A stretch of 64,000 nucleotides of DNA. It comes from Candidatus Deferrimicrobiaceae bacterium. GTDB lineage: Bacteria > Desulfobacterota > Deferrimicrobia > Deferrimicrobiales > Deferrimicrobiaceae. Below the pieces are notes generated by a model. That model was given only the letters and a program-made list of their open reading frames with translations. It searched no databases and had not been told where the DNA came from. The stretch is from NCBI GenBank assembly GCA_963792415.1, contig CAWBVY010000009.1, forward strand, positions 32,001-96,000. Direction: 5' to 3'. Of this stretch, positions 9,513 to 19,954 are shown one piece after another. Each line of letters begins with the position of its first letter. Positions within the stretch are counted from its first letter, which is position 1. Both the position numbers and the translations under genes were made by a program.

Positions 9513-11252
9513 ATGATCACCCGATACCTGCAGTCGCTGTTTCTGGCAGTCGCGGCGGCAACGATGGCGGCAACCGTCGCGCCCGCCGCGGGCCCGCCCC
9601 CGCTTGCGCTCGACTGGGCCACGGTGGTGAACAACACCGATGAGATGCCGGGCGCGTGTGTAAAAGGAATACGAACCTTCAACAGCTACAACCAGCCCTC
9701 GGTGAACGCGGCCGGGTTGGTCGTCATCCGGGCTCGCAGCACGGGCGGCCCGCCATGTGGGCCGGCCACCCACGGGATCTACACGCGCGACATGTCCGTG
9801 GACGGCAGCCCCATCGTCAGGATCCTGGACCGGACCACCCCGGTTCCGCATCCCAACAACTTATGCCACCAAATTCGTCGAGACCCCGTCCTTCCCGCGC
9901 ATCGACATCGGGTCGGACACCATCGCCACCCGCGGGAACCATCCGCCGGTGTGGAGATATGCTCCGGTACGAAGACGACTGAGACCCGGGCGGGGACCAC
10001 GGGCATCTACGCCAACCCGTTCGGCGATCTCATCACCGGCGCCTCCAAGCTCGGTGCCGTCCCCGAATTCGGCGACTTCTTCGAGGTCCCCGGCGCCGCC
10101 CCCTGGACCATGTTCGACGTGTTCCCCGGGTCGCCCTCGGTGACCAACGGCACGACCATCGTGTTCAAGGGGAACTACACGGTGGATGGCGTGGGCAAGA
10201 CCGGGGTGTTCTACCGCGACCTCGAAGATGGGGACCATGGCGGGTTCTCCCCCGTGAAGCTGATCGCCAACAACACGGACACCCTCATCCCCGGCACCAA
10301 GCACGCGTCTTCGGCTCCACCTCCCCGCCCAGCGCCGCCGGCGAGAAGGCCGTGTTCGCCGGCTTCGACAACGAGGAAAACCCCACCCTGGGCGGCCTCT
10401 ACCTGGCCGACCTCAAAAATCCGAAGAAACTCAAGACGCTCGTCAAGCATCGGCGAGAGGGTCCCCGGGGAGCCCGGCTACGATACCTTCAACCGCCTCG
10501 GGGAAGGCGTCGCGTTCGACGGTCGCTACGTGGGATTCTGGGGCGCCTGGGGGACGGAGACCAAGACCGTGCGCCTCTACTGCCCGACGGAAGGAAACAA
10601 GGACCGCATCGCTTATTGCAATCAAAAACTGATCTGCGACACGGGAATACGAGGAGACCGGGCCGCGTGGTCGAAAAAGACCCGAACAGAAATCTGCGAT
10701 GGCACGGCTGCTATCAGGAGAAGCAGGTCCCGGTGCGCCAGGGCATCTTCGTCCACGACACCGATAGAAAAGGGAATACGCGGATGGTGGCGAAGACCGG
10801 AGACGCCTTCGATGATTTCGTCTTCTGGAACTACTCCGGGCAAGCCCCCCTGCGTGGGCATACGGGGCCACGGACAGGAAGGCGCCGAGGACGACGGCGA
10901 GCCGGCGCGCTGGCGCTCCTCGTCGTTCGTCGCGGTTTCAACGGTTCTACACCGCCTTCAAGGCTTCTTCTGCAGGCCAGGTCGGGCAATCTACCTCAAA
11001 TCTGCAGCGATCCGGGACAGCATTCCTGGTCACCGTCCTGGACACGACCATGGACGGGACGACATCTCGACCCGGAGTATGCCGTCCGGAGGGATCCATA
11101 TCGAAAGATCACGGGAGGTGGGGCTCGAGCGCGAGGGGCTGCGCGGCGACTGGCTCGTCATCAACGCAAAGATGGGCATCGAAGGAGGCTCCGAGGAAGA
11201 AGGGATGGCCGGGATCTACGTGACCCGCGTGCCGATCACCCCGCCGCGCTAG
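9513..11252 (+). CDS. Secreted hypothetical protein, beta-propeller-like (frameshifted)
   Basis: Signal peptide; FNSYNQPSVN, FDVFPGSPSV, VFKGNY, GLEREGLRG motifs; alternate-frame pieces at 9757-10143 and 10352 onward. Confidence 0.7.
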   Translation: MITRYLQSLFLAVAAATMAATVAPAAGPPPLALDWATVVNNTDEMPGACVKGIRTFNSYNQPSVNAAGLVVIRARSTGGPPCGPATHGIYTRDMSVDGSPIVRILDRTTPVPHPNNLCHQIRRDPVLPAHRHRVGHHRHPREPSAGVEICSGTKTTETRAGTTGIYANPFGDLITGASKLGAVPEFGDFFEVPGAAPWTMFDVFPGSPSVTNGTTIVFKGNYTVDGVGKTGVFYRDLEDGDHGGFSPVKLIANNTDTLIPGTKHASSAPPPRPAPPARRPCSPASTTRKTPPWAASTWPTSKIRRNSRRSSSIGERVPGEPGYDTFNRLGEGVAFDGRYVGFWGAWGTETKTVRLYCPTEGNKDRIAYCNQKLICDTGIRGDRAAWSKKTRTEICDGTAAIRRSRSRCARASSSTTPIEKGIRGWWRRPETPSMISSSGTTPGKPPCVGIRGHGQEGAEDDGEPARWRSSSFVAVSTVLHRLQGFFCRPGRAIYLKSAAIRDSIPGHRPGHDHGRDDISTRSMPSGGIHIERSREVGLEREGLRGDWLVINAKMGIEGGSEEEGMAGIYVTRVPITPPR

Positions 11253-11275
11253 TACTGACGGGTTGCGCCCGGGCG
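11239..11275 (+). repeat. Direct repeat A, left copy
   Basis: CCCCGCCGCGCTAGT-N5-CGGGTTGCGCCCGGGCG; both blocks recur exactly at 12696-12732. Confidence 0.85.
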
Positions 11276-11321
11276 TGCGCGGCGCCACAAGATGACGCGA
11301 ACCTCCAAGCCAGGAGGAACC

Positions 11322-12658
11322 ATGAGAAGGGCCACTTTCTTCCCATTGCTTTCCTTGCTTCTTATATCCCTTCTGTCATCTTGTGGTGGTAGCGGAGGGG
11401 GAGGGGAATCGACCAGCAGCACCGGCGCAGCTCCCATCGCTACATCCGTTGCGGCCACGTCCATAACCGATAATAACGCCACCCTGAATGGCACCGTAAA
11501 TCCGAACGGCCTTGCCACCCAGGCATGGTTTGAATACGGCACGGATCCCGGTCTTCAGACATATTCAAGTTCTCCCAATCAGGATGCAGGAAATGGATTG
11601 ATTGCCCAATCGGTAAGTACGACCTTGAGCGTTTTGGCACCGGGAACGACTTACTACTTTCGGGTCTGTGCGGAAAACAGCGGGGGGTATTCAGAGGGGC
11701 AGGTCATGAGTTTTACAACTGCGTCTCCTGCCAGCCCTCCCGCGGTCACAACGATCGCAGCGACATCGGTCGGGGCGACGGGAGCAACGCTGAATGGGAG
11801 TGTAATCCCCAATGGTCTGGCAACCAATGCATGGTTCGAGTGGGGAACGGACTCGACTCTCGCCGGTTACAGTACAACGGTAACCCAAGCGGTGGGGTCG
11901 GGGACGACTTCTCAAACAATCCATCAGGCGCTGACCGGACTTGCCACCGGAACCATCTACTACTACCGTGTTGCAGCCAGCAACGGATCGGGGACCAGCA
12001 AAGGCGACATCCTGAGTTTTCCTCCCCCCCGGCGCAGCGCCGACGGTTACGACACTTGCGGCAACGTTGGTTGCGTCAACCAGTGCAACGCTTAACGGGA
12101 ATGTGAACCCGAACGGCCTGGCAACCGACGCATGGTTTGAGTGGGGAACCAACCCGAGCCTGGACACCTTCAGCACGACATATCCCAAGGCGCTGGAGGC
12201 CGGGACAAATATTCTGCCAGTGATGGCGACCCTGTCCGGATTGAGTTCCGTGACAACCTACTACTATCGTGTGGCCGCTTCCAACGCAACGGGATCAGCC
12301 GCCGGGTCGATTGCAAGTTTCACCACCGCATCTCTTCTCTCCTTTGGAGTTGTTTCCACAACTCCAACAAACAATGCAACGGAAGTCCCTTTAGGCAGTA
12401 CCATTACAGTTACCTTTAACCAGGATGTGGACGTTGCCACCCTTGTAGGCGCGATAACGGTTAGCAGTTTCCACCGGGGATCTTCCAGGAGTGATTTCGT
12501 ACAACTCCACGACGAAAACGGCGACGTTTACACCCGGCGCACCGTTTGCTCCTCTAACCGACTACACGGTGACGGTTGACGATAAAGTGAAATCCGACGA
12601 CGGTGTACGATTGCCCGCGCCGTATATATTTGGCTTTAAAACCGGTTCTGCTTTCTAG
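11322..12658 (+). CDS. Lipoprotein with three FN3-like repeats and a C-terminal Ig-like (Big_5/SbsA) domain (frameshifted)
   Basis: Lipobox LSSC-GG; three ATLNG.V.PNGLAT.AWFE.GT repeats; TPTNNATEVP..TITVTFN; ends ...FGFKTGSAF-TAG at 12658; visibly AT-richer than flanks. Confidence 0.8.
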
Positions 12659-12695
12659 GGAAAGGATTCCAATTTGGATAATTCCTGGCCGAAGG

Positions 12696-12768
12696 CCCCG
12701 CCGCGCTAGTCGTTTCGGGTTGCGCCCGGGCGCGCTGCGCCGCGAAGGCGGCCTGCCCGGGCGCAACC
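12696..12768 (+). repeat. Direct repeat A, right copy, with complete 14-bp hairpin
   Basis: GGTTGCGCCCGGGC (12718-12731) pairs with GCCCGGGCGCAACC (12755-12768). Confidence 0.85.
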
Positions 12769-12790
12769 TCCGCCCCGTGCGACCGTCGGT

Positions 12791-12973
12791 TCAGGGATCG
12801 GTTTTCGATTCTCCGCTGCCGACCTGCTGCCGGTAGTGATCGACGAGCCGCTCCCACTCCAGGAACTCGATCGCGGATAGAGGAACATATCGCGGCTCGA
12901 AAATGAGGACGGCCCGAAGTCCGTCGGTGTGATACGTCCCGCCGCCCGAAGTCGTCCGCGGGCTCGACGCCAT
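12791..12973 (-). pseudogene. Orphan 3' fragment resembling an LssY-like C-terminal domain
   Basis: YHTDGLRAVLIFEPR..LSAIEFLEWE recalled as LssY_C-type tail; no 5' part present. Confidence 0.35.
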
Positions 12974-12982
12974 GGAATCCTG

Positions 12983-13666
12983 TCAGGTTTTCTCTATCCG
13001 GAAGACCAGAAAAGCCCCCCGGGAAGGGATGGAAGGACTGGCATATCTTTTCTATCAGCCTTCCGGTGAATATGCAGAACGCGTTGTCAAACGGCAAAGC
13101 AAAAACGGCCCCCTTTACAACGGTTTTGTATCCGAACTTTTCCGCCACGCGTTTCAGCTCCTTGAAGGAATAAAACCTTGCACCCCTGAACACGGGAGCC
13201 GGCATCTTTTCGCGCTGCCATGCTCCTCTTGAGTGCCCATAACGAACCCGAACCGAGCGTCCCTACCACGACCCTGCCCCCCTTTCTGCATACCCTCAGC
13301 ATTTCGGATATCGCCTTTTCGTATTCCTCTATGAACTCCAGCGCCGTTATGGATATGACGAGGTCGAAACTCTCATCCGGAAAGTCGAGGGATACGGCAT
13401 CACCGACAGAGACATTGGTCAATCCCTTCGATCTCGCGATATCGAGCATTTTTTCGGACACATCGATCCCGGTAATCTCCCGTCTTGTATTTCATCAGTT
13501 CCAAGGCGAAAATACCGGTCCCGATCCCTATGTCCAGGACCTTGTCTCCGGGCTTTGGCGCTGCAAGCTCCAGGACCAGTTCTTTTTCGTAATGAAGAAC
13601 GTACCTTCCCATCCCGGTGTTGAACCAGTTGTCGTAATGTTCGGCGAACCCGTCAAATGGTTGCAT
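12983..13666 (-). CDS. Class I SAM-dependent methyltransferase (frameshifted)
   Basis: VLDIGIGTG, GDAVSLDFPDESFDLVISITALEF, EMLRVCRKGG across ORFs 13400-13666, 13087-13461 and 12636-13205. Confidence 0.85.
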
Positions 13667-13972
13667 GGTGACCTATCCCCCATCCTTATCACCATCCACT
13701 CGTTCCCGTTCGTGGGTGGCCATGGTCCCCTCCTCAAGGAACGCTGGATATCCGGCCCGCGTATCATGCGGTCGGATGGTGTGGTCTGCGTGGATGGACA
13801 CCCGACTGTCGCAATACGGATCTCTGCGTCCCTGGTACGGAGTACATCGCCATTTTATCAGGTTGAAGAGCGCGACACGACCACCCTCCTGTCACCCCGG
13901 AAGTATTCTCAATTTGATGCCGGGGGCGTAAAAATATCGTTAGCAAGCCGATGATTCCTCATTTATATAAAG

Positions 13973-15851
13973 GTGATGGCGCATGCGCGGATGGAAAGCT
14001 TAACTCCGGGCCTTGGCGAAGAGGGCATAAAGAGGGGTCTCGCGCGTCAGGTCGCCTGCTACGGTTTGCTTTTCCTCTTGTGTTGCATGCATGCGGCCTG
14101 CTCCGCCCGTGTCGCACAGGGGGGGGATTTTGCACCCATCGCCGCCGCCCATCTGTCTGCCGGAAGCACTGTCGATCCAGCGTCTGATCCTGTACCTGTC
14201 TCCCCTCTCCCGCAGGCGGGTCTGGACAACGTTCCCTCCGTTCCCGAACCGCACCTGTTACAGGGTTACGCCTGTCGAACGCACCGGAGGGACGGCTTCC
14301 GTCCGACAAGGAACTGGTGGCCAATGGCATCCGTCATCGGCGATATCGTCATCCGCAACGAGAATATCTTCGACACCACCGATCCCAGGGAAGACAACTG
14401 GCTCTTCCGCCTGGTGAACAAACTCCACATCAAGACTCACCCGTGGCTGATCCGGAATCAGCTCCTGTTCCGGACCGGGGACACGTACGACAGACGACTC
14501 CTCGATGAGTCGGGCCGAATCTTGCGGTCGAACGGGTATTTCTACGATGCCGGGATCCGGCCGATCGCTTTTCATGAAGGCCGGGTCGACGTCGAGGTCC
14601 TCACCCGCTATGTTTGGACCTTCTAGGCCCGGGATGCTTTTCCGGGTGACAGGGAGGGAGAACTCGACCAGCATGAACATCTCCGACTCGAATCTTTTCG
14701 GAACCGGCGCCGCGATCAGCTTCTCGCACGCGTCGACGCCTGACCGGGACATGGACAGCGTGTATCTCGCTTCGACGCACGTCGGTGGCACCTGGCTCCG
14801 GACCGAACTGCTCTATTCCCGCAACAGCGACGGGTGGACGCGGAGCGCTCTCCTCGAGCGGCCCTTTTACGCCCTCGACACCCGCTGGGCTGCCGGTGGA
14901 AATATCGTGGACGACTTGCGGGTAGATCCTCTTCTTCGGGCACGTGGGGGTTGCCAGCGAGTTCCAGACGCATGCGAAAAAAGCGAATGCCTGGGGAGGG
15001 TGGCTCGGGAGGTCTGAAAAGCGGCTGGGTCAAGCGCTTCACGATCGGGTTCACCCAGGACGAATCGCGGTTTGCGCCCACGCCGGGGAAACGTCCCCAG
15101 TGACCCCATCTCCTGCCTGATCGGATCCTGGCGTACCCCTGGGTCGGTTTTGAGCTCGTGGAAGATTTTTTCGAGAAGGAGAAAAACCGGGACCAGATCG
15201 AAGCGGACCGAGGATTTTTTCCTGGGGACACGCTTTCGCGCGTCGCTGGGTTACTCGAGCACCATTTTCGGCGCCGACCGCGAGGCGGCCATCTTCAGCG
15301 GCAAGTTCGGGAGAAGTTTCGAGGCGACGGACTTCTCGACCCTTCTCGTGGATACCTCCGCCAATGGTCGGGTCGAGAGCGGGTCGATGCGCGACACGAC
15401 CCTGACGGCCGACGGACGCCTGTACGTGAGCCTGTCGAAGAGGCTTCTTTTCTATTCCATGCTGTCCGGCAAAATGGGAATAAATCTCGATCCGGACCAC
15501 GAGTACGTGCTCGGCGGGGAAAACGGGTTGCGCGGATATCCGAGCAATTATCAGGTCGGGGACAGAAGCGTTCTATTCACAATGGAAGGGCGATACTTCT
15601 CGCCGCTATATCTCTTCCGGTTGGTCCGCGTCGGAGGGGCCGCCTTCTGCGACATTGGAAGGGCCTGGGGCGCGGACTTCGTGAATGCACAGGACGCCGG
15701 CACCCTGCGGGATGTCGGTTTCGGCCTCCGGTTGTCAATGACCCGGTCGGGGTTGGGAAACGTCATTCACATCGATTTTGCATTTCCCTTGGACGGCGAT
15801 CCGACGATCAGCCATGTGCAGTACCTCGTCACGACGAAAAAGAGCTTCTGA
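13973..15851 (+). CDS. Omp85/BamA-TamA family outer-membrane protein (frameshifted; start uncertain)
   Basis: POTRA-like LLFRTGD.YD...ESGRILR; LGGENGLRGYP; HIDFAFPLD; C-terminal Phe. Confidence 0.8.
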
Positions 15852-16030
15852 CAGAGGGTCCCACCCTGGTGGCCTGCCCCCGTGCCCCCCCCGCACCGCG
15901 CGAGGGGCTTCCCCGCGTCGGCCGCGACTGGGACAAACCCCTATCTCACCCCGAACTCGTAGATCTTCTTGCCCCTCGATCGAGGCCCTCCTGTGCTGCC
16001 CAGGTTGGCCGCCATCGCTTGCGTTTCGGT

Positions 16031-16110
16031 CCGTCTCTCCAGGCAATCGCCTCGAGTTCGACGCGGGCGGCGTCCTCGACCGGAATCACGGGTCGCACCT
16101 GGAACTCGAA
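16031..16110 (-). pseudogene. Orphan gene fragment, DUF3303-like C-terminus
   Basis: FEFQVRPVIPVEDAARVELEAIAWRD with no credible 5' end; family assignment from memory only. Confidence 0.3.
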
Positions 16111-16176
16111 TGCAGGAGAGGAGTTTCCGCTCCTTGCAAGGGGCACGGACGATCACTTTCGATCGAAAACTCGAGG

Positions 16177-17172
16177 CTATGGCGCAACGGGGTGTGGCAC
16201 GTACGGCGCCTCCAGTGCCGTGACTTCGTCGCCGGAGAGTGGAACGCCGAGCGCCCCCACCGCCGCCTCGAGGTGCTCCATCTTCGTCGCGCCGATTATG
16301 GGGGCTGTCACGGCGTCATTCCGGAGCAGCCAGGCCAGGGCGATCTGGGCGTGAGGCAGGTTGCGTGCCTTCGCCAGCTTGTCGACCCCGGCGAGCACCC
16401 GCTGGTCCGCCTCGGGCATCGACGAATACAGGATCTTGATAATGCGGTCCGTCCCCGACCGGCTCGTTCCCTTCGCCACCGGCGCGCGTGCCAGGGCACC
16501 TCGCGCGAGAGGGCTCCACGGGAGCAACCCGACTCCCTGGTCGCGGCAGAGGGGTATCATCTCGCGCTCCTCCTCGCGGTAGAGGAGGTTGTAGTGGTTC
16601 TGCATCGACACGAAGCGTGTCCATCCGTGTTTCTCGGCCACGTGCTGCGCCTTGGCGAATTGCCAGGCGCGCATGGACGACGCGCCCAGGTACCGCACCT
16701 TGCCCATGCGGACGACGTCGTGAAGCGCCTCCATCGTCTCCTCGATCGGCGTCGCGTCATCCCAGCGATGAATCTGGTAGAGGTCGACGTAGTCCGTCCC
16801 GAGCCGCTTCAGGCTCGCGTCGATTTCGTGGAGGATCACCTTGCGCGAGAGACCTCCGCCGTTTGGACCGGGGCGCATCACCCCCCAGACCTTGGTGGCG
16901 ATGACGACCTCTTCGCGGCGAGCGAACTCGCGCAGCGCGCGGCCGGTGATCTCCTCGCTTGCCCCGAAGCAGTAAATGTTGGCCGTGTCGAAGAAGTTGA
17001 CGCCGAGCTCGATGGCGCGCTTGAAGAACGGCCGCGATTCGTCCTCCCTCAGCGCCCACTCCCAGCGCAGATTCGATCCCGCCACTGTCGCGGCGGGATC
17101 TCCGTAGCTCATGCAACCGAGGCAGATTCGAGAGACGGTGAGACCGGTGTTGCCGAGTCGTCGGTATTCCAT
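16177..17172 (-). CDS. Aldo/keto reductase
   Basis: MEYRRLGNTGLTVSRICLGCMSYG, FFDTANIY, SLKRLGTDYVDLYQIHRWD, PWSPLARG. Confidence 0.95.
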   Translation of the reverse strand: MEYRRLGNTGLTVSRICLGCMSYGDPAATVAGSNLRWEWALREDESRPFFKRAIELGVNFFDTANIYCFGASEEITGRALREFARREEVVIATKVWGVMRPGPNGGGLSRKVILHEIDASLKRLGTDYVDLYQIHRWDDATPIEETMEALHDVVRMGKVRYLGASSMRAWQFAKAQHVAEKHGWTRFVSMQNHYNLLYREEEREMIPLCRDQGVGLLPWSPLARGALARAPVAKGTSRSGTDRIIKILYSSMPEADQRVLAGVDKLAKARNLPHAQIALAWLLRNDAVTAPIIGATKMEHLEAAVGALGVPLSGDEVTALEAPYVPHPVAP

Positions 17173-17431
17173 GGTGGCCTCCACGAGAAGCGTACGGGCC
17201 GCATGGCCCGAGTCCCCGATCCCCGCGGTCGCAAGGATTCCGGGACACAAGGCATTATACGCCCACTCCGCCACCCGGGAACTCCCCGCGGCCGACGGAC
17301 CTGCTCCCCGTTTTCAGACCGACCGGACAAGGGGATTTTCGCTTCCATGGAGTCTGCGGTGAGGATTTCTTCGGGTCCCGCTGGAGGCGGGCAGGCCCCC
17401 CATTTGCGGGAATACCCGGCTTCTTGCTCCG

Positions 17432-18790
17432 TTATGACCGTCCGCTGCCGAACGTGCGTTCCATTTCCTTGCGGAAGACGACGGCAGGATCGGCGGCATT
17501 GTATACGACGTCGTCCCATCTCAGCTGCGCATGCTCGGCGACCTCGCGTTTGAGTGTGACGCCGTGGGCAAGACCAAGCGGCAGTCCGCCCATGCGCATC
17601 GACTGCTCGGCCGGCAGCAGCTTGCCGTAGACCGTGTACCCTCCTTCGCCGTCGAGCGTTTCTCCGGCAACGAGCTTCCGTTTCGCGGTCGCGACGACAT
17701 CGCCGCGCCAGGCGACGGCAGCGCCGGTGGCTTCGTTCCGCAGGCCGACCGAGGCAACGCTGATGCCGAGTTCGAGGCCGATCGCATGGTAGGGCTTGTA
17801 CATTGCGGAGTAGCGGCCCGATGGGTCGGTGCTGAAGCCGTATTCACGGAAACAACGACGGACGTACTCCTCCCCCTGCGGGCTCCCCGGGCGGAACGTG
17901 ACATAGACGCCCCAGCGCAGGTCGCGGAACACCGGCCTGCCGTCCCTTTCCAGGCTCGAGATCACTTCCACCTGGCCGGCGTGATGCAGCCGGCCGCCAT
18001 CCTCCCGCCGGCACAGCAGTCGCGGAAGATCATCCACGCCGCACGGGGGAAAATGCAGACCGTCCGGGTCCGGAGCGAGCCCGGTGGCATTCGCGACCGC
18101 GGCCATTTCGATCGCGCTCTTCGTACCGTCGAGAAATGAATTGAACATCTGCGCGTTGAAATCGCCGGCGGCGACCGTTTCCGGCGAAAATCCGTAATAC
18201 GGCCAGACCGTATCCGGCGTAGACGCATGGTATTCCGGAAGGTACTTCGTGCCCTTGCCCGCGGCGACGACTTCGAAGCCGGCCGCAGGCACCAGTCGAC
18301 CATTTCGCAGATCAGGGCCGGCTGATCCCCGTAGGCGAGCGAGTAGACGGCACCGGCCTCCGCCGCTTTTCTCGACAGCAGCGGGCCGGCCACCGCATCG
18401 GCCTCGACATTGACCATCACCACGTGCTTGCGGTGCGCAAAAGCGCCGAGTGCGTGCCGGATGCCGGCGGCCGGGTCGCCGGTGGCCTCAATGACGATGT
18501 CGATCCCGGGAGCTGCGAGCAGGGCCTGCGCATCTTCGGTAACGAACGTCGTGCCGCTCCGAACGGCTGCCGGGAAGGACGTCGCGGATACCGATCCGCC
18601 GGCCACCCCGTCCGGGCGAGCGAGCTCCGGGCGCGGTCCGGCGACAGATCGGCAATGCCGGCGATATGAATGCCCGCCGTGTGTTTTCCTGGGCCAGGTA
18701 CATCGAACCGAACTTCCCTGCGCCGATCAAGCCGACGCGCAACGGCCGGTTTGCTGCGGCACGTTCGAGCAACATCCGATGCAGATTCAT
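17432..18790 (-). CDS. Homoserine-dehydrogenase-like NAD(P) oxidoreductase with C-terminal SAF domain (frameshifted)
   Basis: GLIGAGKFG, VMVNVEAD, GDQPALICE, DGTKSAIEM, AKR.L.AGETLDGEGGYTVYG. Confidence 0.88.
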
Positions 18791-18922
18791 TGGATTCCCC
18801 CCGGGGAGCGTTCCCCCCGTATCTTAGCGTAAGAATCCTTATCCGCCCCCCTGAAATGCAGGTAGTTGCCGATGCGCAGACCTTTGCGCGATATAATTCA
18901 GCCAGGATCGGGGTCAAGAGAG

Positions 18923-19954
18923 ATGCGTGTGAGTCACAGCCCTGTGGACAGCCCGCAACCCGATGCGCGCGTGGTTGCCGCGCTGCGCGGCGCCGGCCTG
19001 ATCGCCTCCGCCGAAGAAACGCGCTTCGAGGCCCTCGCCGGCGGCGTGTCGTCGGACATCTGGAAAGTCGAAACCGACGGGCGGATCTTCTGCGTGAAGC
19101 GGGCGCGGGCCAGGCTCAAGGTCTCAGCCGACTGGCAGGCGCCCGTCGAACGCAACCGCTACGAGGTGGCCTGGTACCGCATCGCGCATGGCATTGTTCC
19201 CGGCGCGGTGCCCGAAATCCTGCATCACGACGAATCCGAGATGCTGTTTGCGATGAGTTTTCTGGATCCCGGGCAGTACCTTCTGTGGAAGACCGAGTTG
19301 CGCGAAGGACGCGCCGAGCCGGCCGACGCCGCCGAGGTGGGCCGCCGGCTGGTCCGCATCCACGCCGCGACGGCGGGCAACCCGGCCGTGACGGCGCAGT
19401 TCCCGCCCAACGGCATCTTCCACGCGATCCGCCTTGAGCCTTACCTTGAGGCTACCGCTGCGGCCCACCCCGATCTGAACGACACGCTGTTGGCGCTCAG
19501 CCGGCGCACGGGATCGCTCCGCATTGCCATGGTGCACGGCGACGTCAGCCCGAAGAACATCCTGCTCGGTCCGCAGGGGCCGGTATTCCTGGATGCCGAG
19601 TGCGCCTGCATGGGCGACCCGGCCTTCGACCTGGCCTTCTGCCTCAACCACCTGCTGCTCAAGTGCCTGTGGAAGCCGGCGGCGCGCGACGGCTTCGTGG
19701 CCTGCTTCGAGGCCCTCGCCGAAACCTACCTGGCCGCCGTCGGCTGGGAGCCGGTGGCCGCGCTCGAAGCGCGCGCGGCGAGCCTTTTGCCGGCGCTCCT
19801 TTTGGCGCGCGTGGACGGGAAGTCGCCCGCCGAATATATCAAGACCGAGGGGGAGCGCACAAAGATCCGCGGATGCGCCCGTCCTCTCGTCAAATCGCCG
19901 CCCGCACGCCTCGCCGACGTGCTGACCGCGTGGAAAAGGGAACTCGGGAAATGA
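18923..19954 (+). CDS. APH/methylthioribose-kinase-like phosphotransferase
   Basis: LAGGVSSDI, HGDVSPKNIL, LDAECA..GDPAFD, ARVDGKSPAEY. Confidence 0.88.
   Translation: MRVSHSPVDSPQPDARVVAALRGAGLIASAEETRFEALAGGVSSDIWKVETDGRIFCVKRARARLKVSADWQAPVERNRYEVAWYRIAHGIVPGAVPEILHHDESEMLFAMSFLDPGQYLLWKTELREGRAEPADAAEVGRRLVRIHAATAGNPAVTAQFPPNGIFHAIRLEPYLEATAAAHPDLNDTLLALSRRTGSLRIAMVHGDVSPKNILLGPQGPVFLDAECACMGDPAFDLAFCLNHLLLKCLWKPAARDGFVACFEALAETYLAAVGWEPVAALEARAASLLPALLLARVDGKSPAEYIKTEGERTKIRGCARPLVKSPPARLADVLTAWKRELGK

Noticed and set aside
11470-12150. Three repeated nucleotide blocks about 310 bp apart, considered as CRISPR or cassette repeats
   Set aside because: They are coding FN3-like domain repeats within one lipoprotein.
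14624-14626. TAG inside the Omp85-like gene as possible recoding
   Set aside because: The coding continuation is in a different frame, which fits an indel rather than readthrough.
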